From NCBI GenBank assembly GCA_965262725.1, contig OZ253555.1:1664001-1728000 (forward strand): 64,000 nucleotides of DNA. The letters run 5' to 3'. Positions 39,730 to 49,654 of the stretch are shown piece after piece. The translations under genes and the position numbers were made by a program. Positions within the stretch are counted from its first letter, which is position 1, and every line of letters starts with the position of its first letter. This DNA comes from Dehalococcoidia bacterium. Lineage in GTDB: Bacteria > Chloroflexota > Dehalococcoidia > UBA2979. Under the pieces are notes generated by a model that was not told the origin of the DNA, searched no databases, and was given only the letters and a program-made list of their open reading frames with translations.

Positions 39730-41694
39730 ATGACAACTAGGAACCGCCGCCGCGGACGAGCAGGCGGTTCGGCTTCGACTACCGCCCGCAGACTCCAAAT
39801 GCAGTATGCCGGGGGGATGATCCGTCACCTAGGCTTGCAGATGTACGGCGGCGCCGTGCCCGCGATAGCTGAACTGATAGCGAACTCTTGGGATGCCGAC
39901 GCGACGCGTGTCGACATCACCATCCCGTTCGGCGAGCCCATCGCTAACAGGATGCAGATCGAGGTCTTAGACGACGGAGTCGGGATGTCGTTCGAGGATG
40001 TCAACAACGCCTATCTGGTTCTGGGTCTCGATCGCCGCGAGAAGGGGCGCGGCAGATCGGCGAACCGCCGGCTCGTAATGGGACGGAAGGGCATAGGTAA
40101 ACTTGCCGGTTTCGGAATCGCCAAGATCGTCCGGGTCGAGACGAAGAAGGATGGGCACCTCACAATATTCGAGATGGACTTCGACCAGATGACCCGGACC
40201 GACGCCTTCTCCGAACAGTACGAACCGCAGCTCCTTCACGACGGTCCCGACGAGGACGATGTTATCCCGCATAACAACGGAACCCGCGTGACCCTCAAGG
40301 AACTCCAGATCCGAAATGCAATCAGCGAGGACCGTTTTCGACTCAGTATGTCGCGGCGGTTCTCCGCCTTGGGCGCACAATTCGCTGTGGCGATCAATGA
40401 CCGGGAGCTCGAACGCGAGGAGATGCCGCTGGAATTCCGTTTTCCGGAGTCGGGCCTGACGACCGAGCGCGTTCCTGGGTTCGGACGCGTTGAGTGGTGG
40501 ATGGGCTTTACTGAGAAGCCGATCTCGCAGGAAGAAGCCCGCGGTATCGTCGTGCTCGTACGCGGCAAGCTCGCCCAAGCCCCGTTCTTCTTCGACCAGA
40601 CCCGCGGAACCGTTGGCCAACTCGGGCTCCAATATATGACCGGAGAGGTCCACGCTGACGACATAGATGATGTAGAAGACTTGATCTCGACCGACCGCGC
40701 GTCGATCCGCTGGGAACATGAGCGATCTCAGGTGCTACTCGCGTGGGGACAGGCCAAAGTGCGCGAGTCGCTCCAGCGGTGGGCAACGTCGCGACGCGAA
40801 CGCAACAAGGGGCGCGCCGAGAAGCGCCTACAGGCGAGTATTCCGCATCTGGACCGGATACGACGATTCCCTGACGCGCAGCAACGCGAGCTACTTGCAG
40901 CGGTCGAGCAACTCGCGTCCGTCGAGACGATCGAGCGGGACCGGCTTGAGGCGCTCGTGGATTTCCTCCTGCGAGCATACGAAAATGACCACCTCCTAGA
41001 ATTGATCAGGCAAATCAGTGAGGCCAACGCGGAGTCGTTGACCAAGCTCGAAGAGGTTGTCGCCGAGTGGGACATTCTTGAGGCAGTTGCGGTGGCTCAG
41101 GTGGTTCGCGGACGCATCGCGATGATCGACAAGTTTCGGGAGCTGATCGATTTGGGCGCACGCGAAGTGCCGGAGATGCATGAATTCATCGAGAAACACC
41201 CGTGGGCGCTCCGTCCGGAATGGGCTCCTCTGGTGCGGGAGCGCTCGCTCGAGCGGGCGCTGCGAGACAATATCAATCCCTCGACGAAGCGACCGCGCCG
41301 ATCCGGGAAGCGCGGGCAGCGCCGGGTAGACATGCTCTGTCTCGGGAGCCCCGGGATGGTCATCGTCGTGGAGCTCAAGAGGCCGGGCAAATGGGTTGGA
41401 CGTGCCGAGCTGCGTCAACTGGAGGACTACGTAGATTTCCTTAGAGGCGAGCAGAGCGGAGTCACTACACCGGGGGAGCGGCGCCAGGTAGTCGGCTTCC
41501 TCGTGTACGGCCGGATGCGGCCAGGGAATGATGAACTCATCTCACGGATGACGAACGCGGGAATCTTCATCGAGCCGTGGGAGAAGCTTTGGGAGGATGC
41601 GGAGCGTCTCCACCGCGACTACTTCGACGTGATGCGCTCCCGGGCGGACACCGAGGACAGCCGGATGGCGCGTCTCGACCTCCTGGATGCGTGA
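39730..41694 (+). CDS. GHKL/MORC-like ATPase fused to C-terminal PD-(D/E)XK nuclease
   Basis: ELIANSWDADA, DDGVGM, GRKGIGKLA, GTRV; RVDML...VVELKRP...QLEDY. Confidence 0.85.
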   Translation: MTTRNRRRGRAGGSASTTARRLQMQYAGGMIRHLGLQMYGGAVPAIAELIANSWDADATRVDITIPFGEPIANRMQIEVLDDGVGMSFEDVNNAYLVLGLDRREKGRGRSANRRLVMGRKGIGKLAGFGIAKIVRVETKKDGHLTIFEMDFDQMTRTDAFSEQYEPQLLHDGPDEDDVIPHNNGTRVTLKELQIRNAISEDRFRLSMSRRFSALGAQFAVAINDRELEREEMPLEFRFPESGLTTERVPGFGRVEWWMGFTEKPISQEEARGIVVLVRGKLAQAPFFFDQTRGTVGQLGLQYMTGEVHADDIDDVEDLISTDRASIRWEHERSQVLLAWGQAKVRESLQRWATSRRERNKGRAEKRLQASIPHLDRIRRFPDAQQRELLAAVEQLASVETIERDRLEALVDFLLRAYENDHLLELIRQISEANAESLTKLEEVVAEWDILEAVAVAQVVRGRIAMIDKFRELIDLGAREVPEMHEFIEKHPWALRPEWAPLVRERSLERALRDNINPSTKRPRRSGKRGQRRVDMLCLGSPGMVIVVELKRPGKWVGRAELRQLEDYVDFLRGEQSGVTTPGERRQVVGFLVYGRMRPGNDELISRMTNAGIFIEPWEKLWEDAERLHRDYFDVMRSRADTEDSRMARLDLLDA

Positions 41695-41841
41695 CTGTGC
41701 AGTGAAGCCTGGTGTCAGAGTGGATCCGCGCGGCGCCCCACTAACCGATGTCGACGGAGCGATGCCACTCCCTGCTGTGCGGCAGGCCGCAGTGCGGCTG
41801 CTCGAAGCACGTCACCCCAGGCTCGTATAATCGGGCGCGCA

Positions 41842-42915
41842 ATGGAATCCCGCACATCCTTCTGCCTTCCGCCGCCACGCTCGGCAATCGACCTTTTTGC
41901 CGGAGCGGGTGGTTCGGTGCAGGGCCTGTCGCAAGCAGGATTTTCCATGCTAGCTGCGGTCGAAGAAGACGCGGAAGCCGCAGCGACACTCAAGGCCAAC
42001 CACCCACAGATGAGGGTACTGAGGCGCGACGTGAGCCTAGTCTCGCCGCGAAAGCTGCGCGAGTGCCTTGGACTAGCGCGCGGTGACCTTGGACTGCTCA
42101 CCGCGTGCCCACCCTGCCAGGGGTTTTCGACGTTAGGAACGCTGGACCCATCGGACGAGCGCAACGATCTCGTCGCACAGGTATGGAAGTACGCGCGGGA
42201 GTTCCGACCAGCCGGGGTCCTCCTCGAGAACGTCCCCGGACTCTCACGCGATCCTCGTTGCGACCGCCTGTTCAGACAGCTTCGAGCTGCTGGATACGGT
42301 CTCCGGACCTGGATCGTGGACGCAGCGGACTTCGGTGTACCACAGCGACGACGCAGGCTCATCGCAATCGCCGCACGCGGCGTCCAGAAGGATGAGATGC
42401 CACTTGATCTCCGCGATGCCTTGCCCGCTGACTTCAGCCTGCGGCCGCAATTTGCGGACGAAGCAATCTCGCTCGCAGGGCGGCTGGATGGCACCGCCGA
42501 CTCGTTGCATCGCGCCCGCCAATTGTCACCGAGGGTGCTCGAGCGGATCCGCGCGATACCACGAGGGGGAAGCCACCGGGACCTACCGGACGCGCTTCGA
42601 CTCGCCTGTCATGTACGGCTCGCGGAACGGGGAAAGAAGGGTGCTACCGCACCATACGGACGGATCCGCATTGGGGAACCCGCACCGACGATCACCACGC
42701 GATGTACTACTGTTTCCTGCGGGCGCTTCGTCCACCCGACTGAAGACCGCGGCATCAGCCTGCGCGAGGCTGCGCTTTTGCAGACGTTCCCGTTCGAGTA
42801 CTCGTTCATTGGCTCGCACGGCGCAGTCGAGCGCCAGATCGGTAACGCTGTGCCTGTTCGACTCGCGGAGGCGCTAGGACTTGCAGTAAGGCGGATACTC
42901 CTGCAGGTCGGCTAA
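41842..42915 (+). CDS. dcm: C5 DNA cytosine methyltransferase
   Basis: DLFAGAGG, PPCQGFS, ENV, PQRRRR, REAALLQTFP, QIGNAVP. Confidence 0.95.
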   Translation: MESRTSFCLPPPRSAIDLFAGAGGSVQGLSQAGFSMLAAVEEDAEAAATLKANHPQMRVLRRDVSLVSPRKLRECLGLARGDLGLLTACPPCQGFSTLGTLDPSDERNDLVAQVWKYAREFRPAGVLLENVPGLSRDPRCDRLFRQLRAAGYGLRTWIVDAADFGVPQRRRRLIAIAARGVQKDEMPLDLRDALPADFSLRPQFADEAISLAGRLDGTADSLHRARQLSPRVLERIRAIPRGGSHRDLPDALRLACHVRLAERGKKGATAPYGRIRIGEPAPTITTRCTTVSCGRFVHPTEDRGISLREAALLQTFPFEYSFIGSHGAVERQIGNAVPVRLAEALGLAVRRILLQVG

Positions 42916-43019
42916 CGTTGGGCCTGGGCGGGAATTCGTGAGGACGATCGGAGAGGCTAGCATTACGCTCGCAGTCTCCCCCGACGGGAACCCAGCGTGG
43001 CTGGATCACACGACCTGAC

Positions 43020-43162
43020 GCAAGCACTGGAGAAGCGATCCGCAATCGCCCGGGACTTGACTCGGTGGGGTCGCCGCAACGCGCGGGAGTACCCGTGGCG
43101 CGAGGAATTGCCTCTGTGGCAGGCGCTGATCGCCGAAGTAATGCTGCAGCGCACGCGTGCTG
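43020..43162 (+). pseudogene. HhH-GPD (MutY/Mig-like) glycosylase N-terminal fragment
   Basis: W..RNAREYPWRE...WQALIAEVMLQRTRA, then similarity breaks off. Confidence 0.7.
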
Positions 43163-43238
43163 TCGGAGCACCATACGACGGTGAGACGCGTCGGAAGCGC
43201 TGGCTCCGCGAGCTGGCGGAGGCGAAAGGCTCGTAACG

Positions 43239-43730
43239 ATGCCGTACCATTCCGCCCTGCACGACAGCGACAACGTTGACCACGCCGAGCACGGTTGCCC
43301 GCGCGCGGCCCGCATTCTAGACCGTTGCGACTGTGAGGAGCGGCGCCCGGCGGCGCGGTGCAGTTGGTGCTACACCGGTCGTATAGAGCGCGACCCCGCC
43401 CAATTGGATCATGAACGGCACTACGCCACCCTTGCGATGGAGCCTCCTGCGTGGCGCGCGAGCGTTGTATGCGGCTCCGGCGCCGATGTGGACGTCAGCC
43501 AGGCTCTGGGGGCGTTCACCGGGAGCATTGAGGAGATCGACGGGGCGGTGCGCTTCGACCCAGCGAAGGGCCCGCTCTTCATCGAGTGCTCCAAGCACGG
43601 GATGTACCTTGGCTACTGGCGGCTTCTTCCTCGAGCCGGCGGCGCGGCCTTCAAGCCTCTCTCAATCCCTCTTCTGCTGATACCGCTCCGGGACGTGGAG
43701 CACGTCATTCCGCTGTATCAATCTCCCTGA
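43239..43730 (+). CDS. Hypothetical protein
   Basis: 163-aa ORF with Cys/His-rich N-terminus. Confidence 0.45.
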   Translation: MPYHSALHDSDNVDHAEHGCPRAARILDRCDCEERRPAARCSWCYTGRIERDPAQLDHERHYATLAMEPPAWRASVVCGSGADVDVSQALGAFTGSIEEIDGAVRFDPAKGPLFIECSKHGMYLGYWRLLPRAGGAAFKPLSIPLLLIPLRDVEHVIPLYQSP

Positions 43731-43989
43731 CCATCAAGCGAGACCAATTGACCCGACCCCCTGAAACGGGACCGCTGTTGATGAGAGTCCTTTGGCCCGC
43801 GAGGGTGGGCGGAGGAGGACATCACGGTGAAACGACGCAGGCATACGGCTGAGCAGATCGTGCGGAAGCTTCCATGAGGGTCGTCTGATCCGCAAGGCCG
43901 ACGTGGCGGTCTTCTGCGCCGTCTACCGATCGCGCCTCCCATCCGCAGCCCTGTTGTGGTTGTCGGTACAGATACGAGTGGTGTCGTCG

Positions 43990-44150
43990 TGTCGTCCCCG
44001 GGAAGTCGTGGTGGCCATGCTTCCATTCGCACTCGTCGAGGGGCCTCTCCGGGCCCGGTGCATGATGGTCAACCTGTCTCCAGGGTGTGGGCGCTGCCAT
44101 CTGAGGGCCGTCCTCGTTGGGACCAGCTTCCGTCGCAGTCGCCCGAACGT
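43990..44150 (-). ncRNA. Predicted bridge RNA (seekRNA) of the IS1111 element
   Basis: Target loop CGGAAGCTG (44132-44124) / hairpin / CCCTCAG (44107-44101) closed by a GGGCG-CTGC stem; donor loop CCATC (44068-64) / hairpin / ATGGAAG (44026-20); RNA ends approximate. Confidence 0.75.
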
Positions 44151-44219
44151 CGGCATCCCTCGCATCCTCCGGAGCCCACCGGCCGCCCGGTCGCCTCGCT
44201 CCTCGCATGCTGCCCGCTG

Positions 44220-44742
44220 CTACGCCGCCTCGGCCGCGTGCGCGTGGCGCAACGGCTCGTAGACCTCGCCGCTCTTCCAGAGTGCAAGCATCAGCACCGC
44301 CAGTCGCCTCGCGACCGCGACGACGGCACGCTTCTTCGCATTGCCGGCCCCCGACTCCGCGTACCGCAGCCCCCACCTGCGGAGGTCGCTGTCGGGGCCG
44401 AAGGGGCCCAGGATGTAGTGCGCGGCCTGGTTCAGCACCCGGCGCAGCGCCACGTCCCCTTCCTTCGTGATCCGCAGCTGGGGCTGCCGGTCACCGGAAT
44501 CGCGGCTCCGGGGCACCAGCCCGAGGTAGGGCCCCACCTCCCTGTTCTTCGGGAAGCGGTTCGGGTCCTCGATGGTGAGGACGAAGGTGAGCGAGGTGAT
44601 CGGGCCAACGCCCACGATCTGCTGGAGCACGCCGGTCTCGGGGTAGCGCTCGCACATCGCGGCGAGTTGCTTGTCGGCCTGGCGTATCTCCCCGGTCAGG
44701 TGCTCGATCTGGTGGAGCATCGGCAGCAACGCCGGGCCCAGC
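44220..44742 (-). pseudogene. IS1111 recombinase, C-terminal half
   Basis: GVGPITS, YLGLVP..RDSG (catalytic Ser), ITKEGD..LR, AVARRLA. Confidence 0.92.
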
Positions 44743-44838
44743 TGTCGATCGCCAGGGTCATTGATCCACGCGTCGCCACGGTCATTAGACCACCCGGGAC
44801 GCCGGTAGGCGGCTTGATATCAGTGAGCGTCTAGCGCG

Positions 44839-45612
44839 TCAATCACCTCCCGTCTGCGCCTCGAGCAGGGCGCGGTGCGGCGAGAGCCGCTGGCGGTAGC
44901 TATCGCCCTCGATCACGATCTGGTAGCTGGCGTTGGCGAGCCGGTCGAGGGCGCTGTTGCCGAGGATCGGGTCGTCGAAGAGACCCAGCCATTCCTCCAC
45001 GGCGCGGTTCGAGGTGATGACGAAGCTGGAGCTGCGGTGGCGCCCGATGACCAGCTCGTAGAGGTCGATGGACTGCTGCGCGCTGAGGCGATGGAGCCCG
45101 AGGTCGTCGAGGATGAGCAGGTCGGGCGCGAGGAAGCTTCGGAAGACCTTCTCGGCCGAGTGGTCGACGCGGGCCTGCGCCATCTCGCGGAAGTAGTGGT
45201 CGGCCGGGGCGAAGCGCACGGTGCGTCCGGAGCGGACGGCTGAGTAGCCGAGCGCCTGGGCCAGGAAGCTCTTGCCGACGCCGACGGGGCCGACGAGCAG
45301 GACGTGCTCGCGGCGATCGAGGAAGTGCAGCGAGAAGGCGGCGTCGAGCAGGCGGCGGTCGAGCCGGATGGCGGCCGCCCAGTCGAAGTCCTCGAGGCGG
45401 CAGAGCTGCTCGAAGCCGGCCTGGCGCAGGCGCAGCTCCAACCGCCCGTGGTCGCGGCGGCTCACCTCGTCGACGAGCAGGATCTGCAGGAAGTCCGCGT
45501 AGTCGAGGTGGTCGCGCCGCGCGAGGGCGATGCGCTCGGGCAGGGTGTCGAGCATACGGCCGAGCTTGAGGCGCTTGAGCAGCGGACGGAGGTCTGAGGT
45601 GGTGGCGGTCAT
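44839..45612 (-). CDS. istB: IS21 IstB ATPase
   Basis: GPVGVGKS, LILDDLG, ITSNR, ALDRL. Confidence 0.95.
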   Translation of the reverse strand: MTATTSDLRPLLKRLKLGRMLDTLPERIALARRDHLDYADFLQILLVDEVSRRDHGRLELRLRQAGFEQLCRLEDFDWAAAIRLDRRLLDAAFSLHFLDRREHVLLVGPVGVGKSFLAQALGYSAVRSGRTVRFAPADHYFREMAQARVDHSAEKVFRSFLAPDLLILDDLGLHRLSAQQSIDLYELVIGRHRSSSFVITSNRAVEEWLGLFDDPILGNSALDRLANASYQIVIEGDSYRQRLSPHRALLEAQTGGD

Positions 45613-47189
45613 CGTGGTGCTCCTGTCGGGGTCTGCGTGCGGGACTGTGCGAAGACGGAGCCCGAGTGGGCGAAGCGCCCCGGAGGTGGCGGCAGCTCGG
45701 GCTGGTCTGGGGTGCTCTCCTGGTCGAGGGCCTCGACGAGGATGCGCTCGAGGCGGCGCACGTCGATGAGGTCGACCTCGAGCGCGCGGCGGCAGGCGGC
45801 GTCGAGGCGGTCGGGGGAGTAGCGCTCGGCGAGCCGGAGGAGCTTGTGGCCCTGCCGCAGCTTCGCCCAGGGCAGGGAGCCCTCGAAGAGACGCTCGGCG
45901 TAGGCGCCCACGGCCTCCCCCAGCTCGGCGGCGCGGCGCTGTATCCAGTCGGGCGCCCGCCTGGTGTAGGGGGTGAGCTCGGCCGGGTAGTCGTTCGGGT
46001 CGGTGGCCCGGCCGCCCCGGCGCTGGCGCGGGTGGACCTTGATGAGCTGACCGCGGTGGTAGATGCGCACCAGCTTCGAGCCGAGCTGCACCTCGACCTT
46101 CTGGCGGGGCGGGCAGGCCGTGGACGGCACCGAGTACAGCGCGTACTGGCAGGCGATGTGGTGGTCGGGATGGACCGTGGCGGTCCGCCAGTCGGGGACC
46201 TCGTAGGGCTCGCCGTCCCACGGAGCGAGCAGAGGGAGCTCCTCCTCCCGGAAGACCTCGAGCGGCCGGCGGCGGGTCGTGCCGTGGATGCGCTGCCCCG
46301 CCACCTCGAGGCACCAGCTGCGGGCGGCGGAGCGCAGGTCGACGATGTCCCGGAAGTCGCCGCCCTTGAAGAGGCGCTCGCGCACGTAGGGGATGCTGCG
46401 CTCGACGCGCGGCTTGTCGCGGGGATGACGTACGCGCGCCGGGTCGGTGATGAAGCCTCTGTGGCGGGCGTACTCGAGGAAGCCCCGGGTGAGGCGCGGG
46501 TGGAGCGCGTCGGCCCCGGCCACGGCGGCCGGGAAGTTATCGATGACGAGGTAGCGGGGCACGCCCCCGAAGAAGGACCAGGCCTCCTCCAGGCCCTCGA
46601 TCACGGCGTCCAGCGTCTGGCTGGTGGTGGGCCACACAAAGCAGTGGCGTGAGTAGCGCCAGACGACGACCAGCGCCCACACCGCGCGCCGGCGGCCGCT
46701 CTCGGGGTCCCGGATGAAGCCGAGGCGGCCGAAGTCCATCTCCGCCACCTCGCCCGGCGGCCCGTCGTCCATGCGCACGGTCGACGGCAGCCGGTGGCGC
46801 CAGCCGCGGCGCCGGATGAAACGCCGCAGCGTGGTGTAGGAGACCTCGCAGCCTCGTCCGGCGAGGAGCTCCTGGATGCGCGTCAGTTGCAGGCGGTCGG
46901 TCTCAAGCCAGCGCTCGATCTGCTCCGCCCAGGGCGAGAGCAGCTCCTCGCTCGGCGCCTCGACCTGCCGCGGGCCGGAGAGGCTCAGCGTCGCCAGCGC
47001 GGCGAGCTGCTCCTCACTCGGCTCGGGACCGCCCGGCGTGAGGCCGGCCGCCTCGGCCGCCTCGACGTAGCGGCGCACCGTCACGCGCGATAGCCCCGTG
47101 CCGCTGGCGATGCGGCGCTGGCTGAGCCCCGCCTGCCAGCGTCGAATGATCTCCTGGATCTCCACCCCGTGTACCTCCCGGTAGGCCAT
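45609..47189 (-). CDS. istA: IS21 IstA DDE transposase
   Basis: HTH N-terminus; AEMDFG, IDN, PRDKPRVE, HGTT. Confidence 0.95.
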   Translation of the reverse strand: MAYREVHGVEIQEIIRRWQAGLSQRRIASGTGLSRVTVRRYVEAAEAAGLTPGGPEPSEEQLAALATLSLSGPRQVEAPSEELLSPWAEQIERWLETDRLQLTRIQELLAGRGCEVSYTTLRRFIRRRGWRHRLPSTVRMDDGPPGEVAEMDFGRLGFIRDPESGRRRAVWALVVVWRYSRHCFVWPTTSQTLDAVIEGLEEAWSFFGGVPRYLVIDNFPAAVAGADALHPRLTRGFLEYARHRGFITDPARVRHPRDKPRVERSIPYVRERLFKGGDFRDIVDLRSAARSWCLEVAGQRIHGTTRRRPLEVFREEELPLLAPWDGEPYEVPDWRTATVHPDHHIACQYALYSVPSTACPPRQKVEVQLGSKLVRIYHRGQLIKVHPRQRRGGRATDPNDYPAELTPYTRRAPDWIQRRAAELGEAVGAYAERLFEGSLPWAKLRQGHKLLRLAERYSPDRLDAACRRALEVDLIDVRRLERILVEALDQESTPDQPELPPPPGRFAHSGSVFAQSRTQTPTGAPR

Positions 47190-47346
47190 CGCTGCTCCCT
47201 CCGCTGGGGATGCAGGCGATGGTGGCCGTACCGGCGACCCGGGCGGGCAGGAGTCCCTGACGGGGTGGATCAATGACCCTGGCGAAGTGGATCAATGACC
47301 CTGGCGATCTGGCGATTTCGTGGTCTATAGACCTTGGCGATTCACA

Positions 47347-47920
47347 GCAGCTCCTCGGGGATGTGCCCGATGACCGCGCGGTGGAAGACCGGCGCCGTGC
47401 AGCTCGGAAGCGCCGCGCCCCACGCCTTCACCGCGCCCCGGACGTGGTTGATCAACATCGTGCGCGCCCGGACCAGCGCCTCGCGGCTGCGGAGCACCTG
47501 GAGGTCCGCCTGCGCCATGGCGCTTCGGTGCCGGATGGGGAAGAGGAGCGCCGGGTCGAATCGGCCGAGCCGTGCGAGGTGCTCGGCATCGGAGCGGTCG
47601 GTCTTGCGCTGGCTGCGCGCGATCAGCCTGACCTGCCTCGGGTTGGCGACGATGACGTCGTGCCCGAGCTCCGAGAGCATCCGGCTCAGCCACGGGGACC
47701 GCGGCCCCACCTCCATCACCACCCGCGCGCCCGTCATCCCGGCGAGCGCCCGCGTGAGCGCCGCGGTCGTGGTGCGGACTCGCTCCTCCCGCACGATCTC
47801 CCCCTCGCCACCGAGGACGCAGAGGTGGCTGTAGCGGTCGCTGACGTCGATGCCGACAGTCACGAGCTCCGCATCCCCCACCTTCCTGCTCTCTGTGACA
47901 TCTGATGTACCCTCTGCCAC
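47347..47920 (-). pseudogene. IS1111 recombinase, N-terminal DEDD half
   Basis: GIDVS, VVMEVG, KTDRSDA; joins the C-half as IPEEL(R)PALLPML; start approximate. Confidence 0.92.
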
Positions 47921-48264
47921 GGTCGGTCTCCTACCTCTCGGCTCGCCTGAGCCGTTCTCCTGGGCCACCACGTGAGCCCGTGCCTGGAGGGGAAGTATCC
48001 CCTCTGAGGAGGGGACCGACCCTCATGCCATCTGAGGGAGGCGGAGCGGCTGCTCGGCGAAGGGCAGACGATCGCCGAGGCGGCGAAGCAGGTCGAGATC
48101 TCGGAGCAGACCTACCACCGCTGGCGCAACCAGTACGGCGGGATGAAGGCCGACGACGCCAGGCGGCTGCGCGAGCTGGAGCGCGAGAACGCGCGTCTGA
48201 AGCGGATCGTCGCCGACAAGGAACTCGAGATCGACGCGCTCAAGGAGATCGCGCGGGGAAATTG

Positions 48265-49098
48265 GTAAGCCCGTCGCGCCGGCGTGAGGCGGTCTGCATG
48301 TTGCAGGACCGCCTCGAGTTGTCGGAACGACGGGCATGCCGGGTCACCGGCCAGCACCGCTCCACGCAGCGCCGCCTCCTGGCACGCGGCCGCGGCGACG
48401 ACGCGCTGCGGACGGAGTTGCACGCCTTCTCGCGTGGCCATTCCCGCTGGGGGTACCGCCGGGCCTGGGCGACCTTGTGCGAGGAGGGCTGGGGTGTGAA
48501 TCGCAAGCGGGTGCAACGCGTCCCGGTGAAACGACGCAAGCGTCAGCGCCTGGGGGACTCGGCAGTGCCCGCCGTGCGGCTGCGGGCTGAGCGGCCGAAC
48601 CACGTCTGGGCGCTGGACTTCCAGTTCGACCAGACCGCGGACGGGCGGGTCCTGAAGCTGCTCAACATCGTTGACGAGCACACACGGGAGGCGCTGGCGA
48701 TCGTGGCCGCCAGGAGCATCACCGCCGACGCTACCGCCGCCACGCTCGACCGGATCGTCGCCGGGCGCGGAACGGCGCCTGGGTACATCCGGTGTGACAA
48801 CGGTCCCGAGCTCACGGCCAACGCCCTGCGCGACTGGTGCCGGTTCTCCGGCACGGGCAGCAGCTACATCGAGCCCGGTGCGCCGTGGGAGAACCCGTAC
48901 GTGGAGTCGTTCAACGGCCGGTTGCGCGATGAGTTCCTGGCCGTCGAGCAGTTCGACAGCTTGCTCGAGGCGCAGGTGCTGATCGAGGACTGGCGGATCG
49001 AGTACAACACGAAGCGCCCGCACAGCAGCCTCGGCTGGCTCGCCCCGGCTGCCTACGCCGAGCAACGCAGGGCGGAACAACTGGTTGGACTCTCATAA
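48265..49098 (+). CDS. IS3 OrfB DDE transposase (likely short in-frame deletion near NRKRVQR)
   Basis: WGYRR, WALDF, DNGPE, PWENPYVESFN, YN..RPHSSL; -1 overlap with orfA. Confidence 0.9.
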   Translation, partial: VSPSRRREAVCMLQDRLELSERRACRVTGQHRSTQRRLLARGRGDDALRTELHAFSRGHSRWGYRRAWATLCEEGWGVNRKRVQRVPVKRRKRQRLGDSAVPAVRLRAERPNHVWALDFQFDQTADGRVLKLLNIVDEHTREALAIVAARSITADATAATLDRIVAGRGTAPGYIRCDNGPELTANALRDWCRFSGTGSSYIEPGAPWENPYVESFNGRLRDEFLAVEQFDSLLEAQVLIEDWRIEYNTKRPHSSLGWLAPAAYAEQRRAEQLVGLS

Positions 49099-49402
49099 GC
49101 GGTGGTCTCGCGAAGGGGGTCCGGTCACACCCGCAGCCCGCGCCGACTCGAACTCCTCCAGCGCCTGCCTCCGCTGCTCGATACGCAGGACCGCGTCGCG
49201 AGCGCGCTGCTCCTGCTCCGCTGCGCTCAGCCCGCGTCCGTCGCGGTGTCGATACGAGCGAGCGGGATAGCTGGTGGTGCACCGGGACCAGGATGTGCAA
49301 GCGGGCGCGGCAACGAAGAAGTCGGCCCGACCAGCGGGGCCGTCGGCGGTCAGGGCGTGCGGTATCCTGCTGCGTCGGATCGCATCGAGCGAAGGAGAAC
49401 CT

Positions 49403-49654
49403 GTGCCGAAGTTCGAGAAGTTGGACCCGAAGGATGTCGCCGTCGGCCGCAGCCGGGCGGCCGCTGCCGCACGCGAGCCTTACATCCAGGCCCTGAAGGC
49501 GGGAGCCGCCGGGCGCATCGAGCTTGAGCGTGGCGAGACGCAGGCGGTCGTGAAGCGGCGCCTCCAGGAGGCGGCCCGCGAGAGCGGTATCAAGCTCCGC
49601 TCCTCGTGCGAGAGCCCGCGCTCGCTGGTGTGGAAGCGGACCGGGCAGGTGTGA
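49403..49654 (+). CDS. Small basic hypothetical protein, paralog of 24719-24976
   Basis: RBS AAGGAG; MPKFEKLDPKDVAVGRSRA...VKRRLQEAAR..LVWKR. Confidence 0.75.
   Translation: MPKFEKLDPKDVAVGRSRAAAAAREPYIQALKAGAAGRIELERGETQAVVKRRLQEAARESGIKLRSSCESPRSLVWKRTGQV

Larger units (their letters stand above)
44743..47346 (-). mobile_element. IS21-family element, apparently intact
   Basis: TG...CA ends (TGTCGATCGCCAGGG / TGTGAATCGCCAAGG), internal repeats GTGGATCAATGACCCTGGCGA x2, imperfect 5-bp TSD CCAGC/GCAGC. Confidence 0.92.
43871..48031 (-). mobile_element. IS110-family, IS1111-group element (~1.55 kb net), interrupted by IS21
   Basis: CT core at 43869-70 and 48032-33; sub-terminal IRs CATGAGGGTCG (43873-83) / CGACCCTCATG (48017-27); ~350-nt non-coding region downstream of the recombinase. 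Confidence 0.92.
43749..49127 (+). mobile_element. IS3-family (IS407-group-like) element, ~1216 bp net, interrupted in orfA
   Basis: IRL TGACCCGACCCCCT at 43749, IRR ...AGGGGGTCCGGTCA ending 49127; orfA split 43827-43870 / 48034-48268; no flanking TSD. Confidence 0.9.

Noticed and set aside
47265-47346. 21-bp tandem repeats as a novel array
   Set aside because: They are the normal multiple transposase-binding repeats of an IS21 end.
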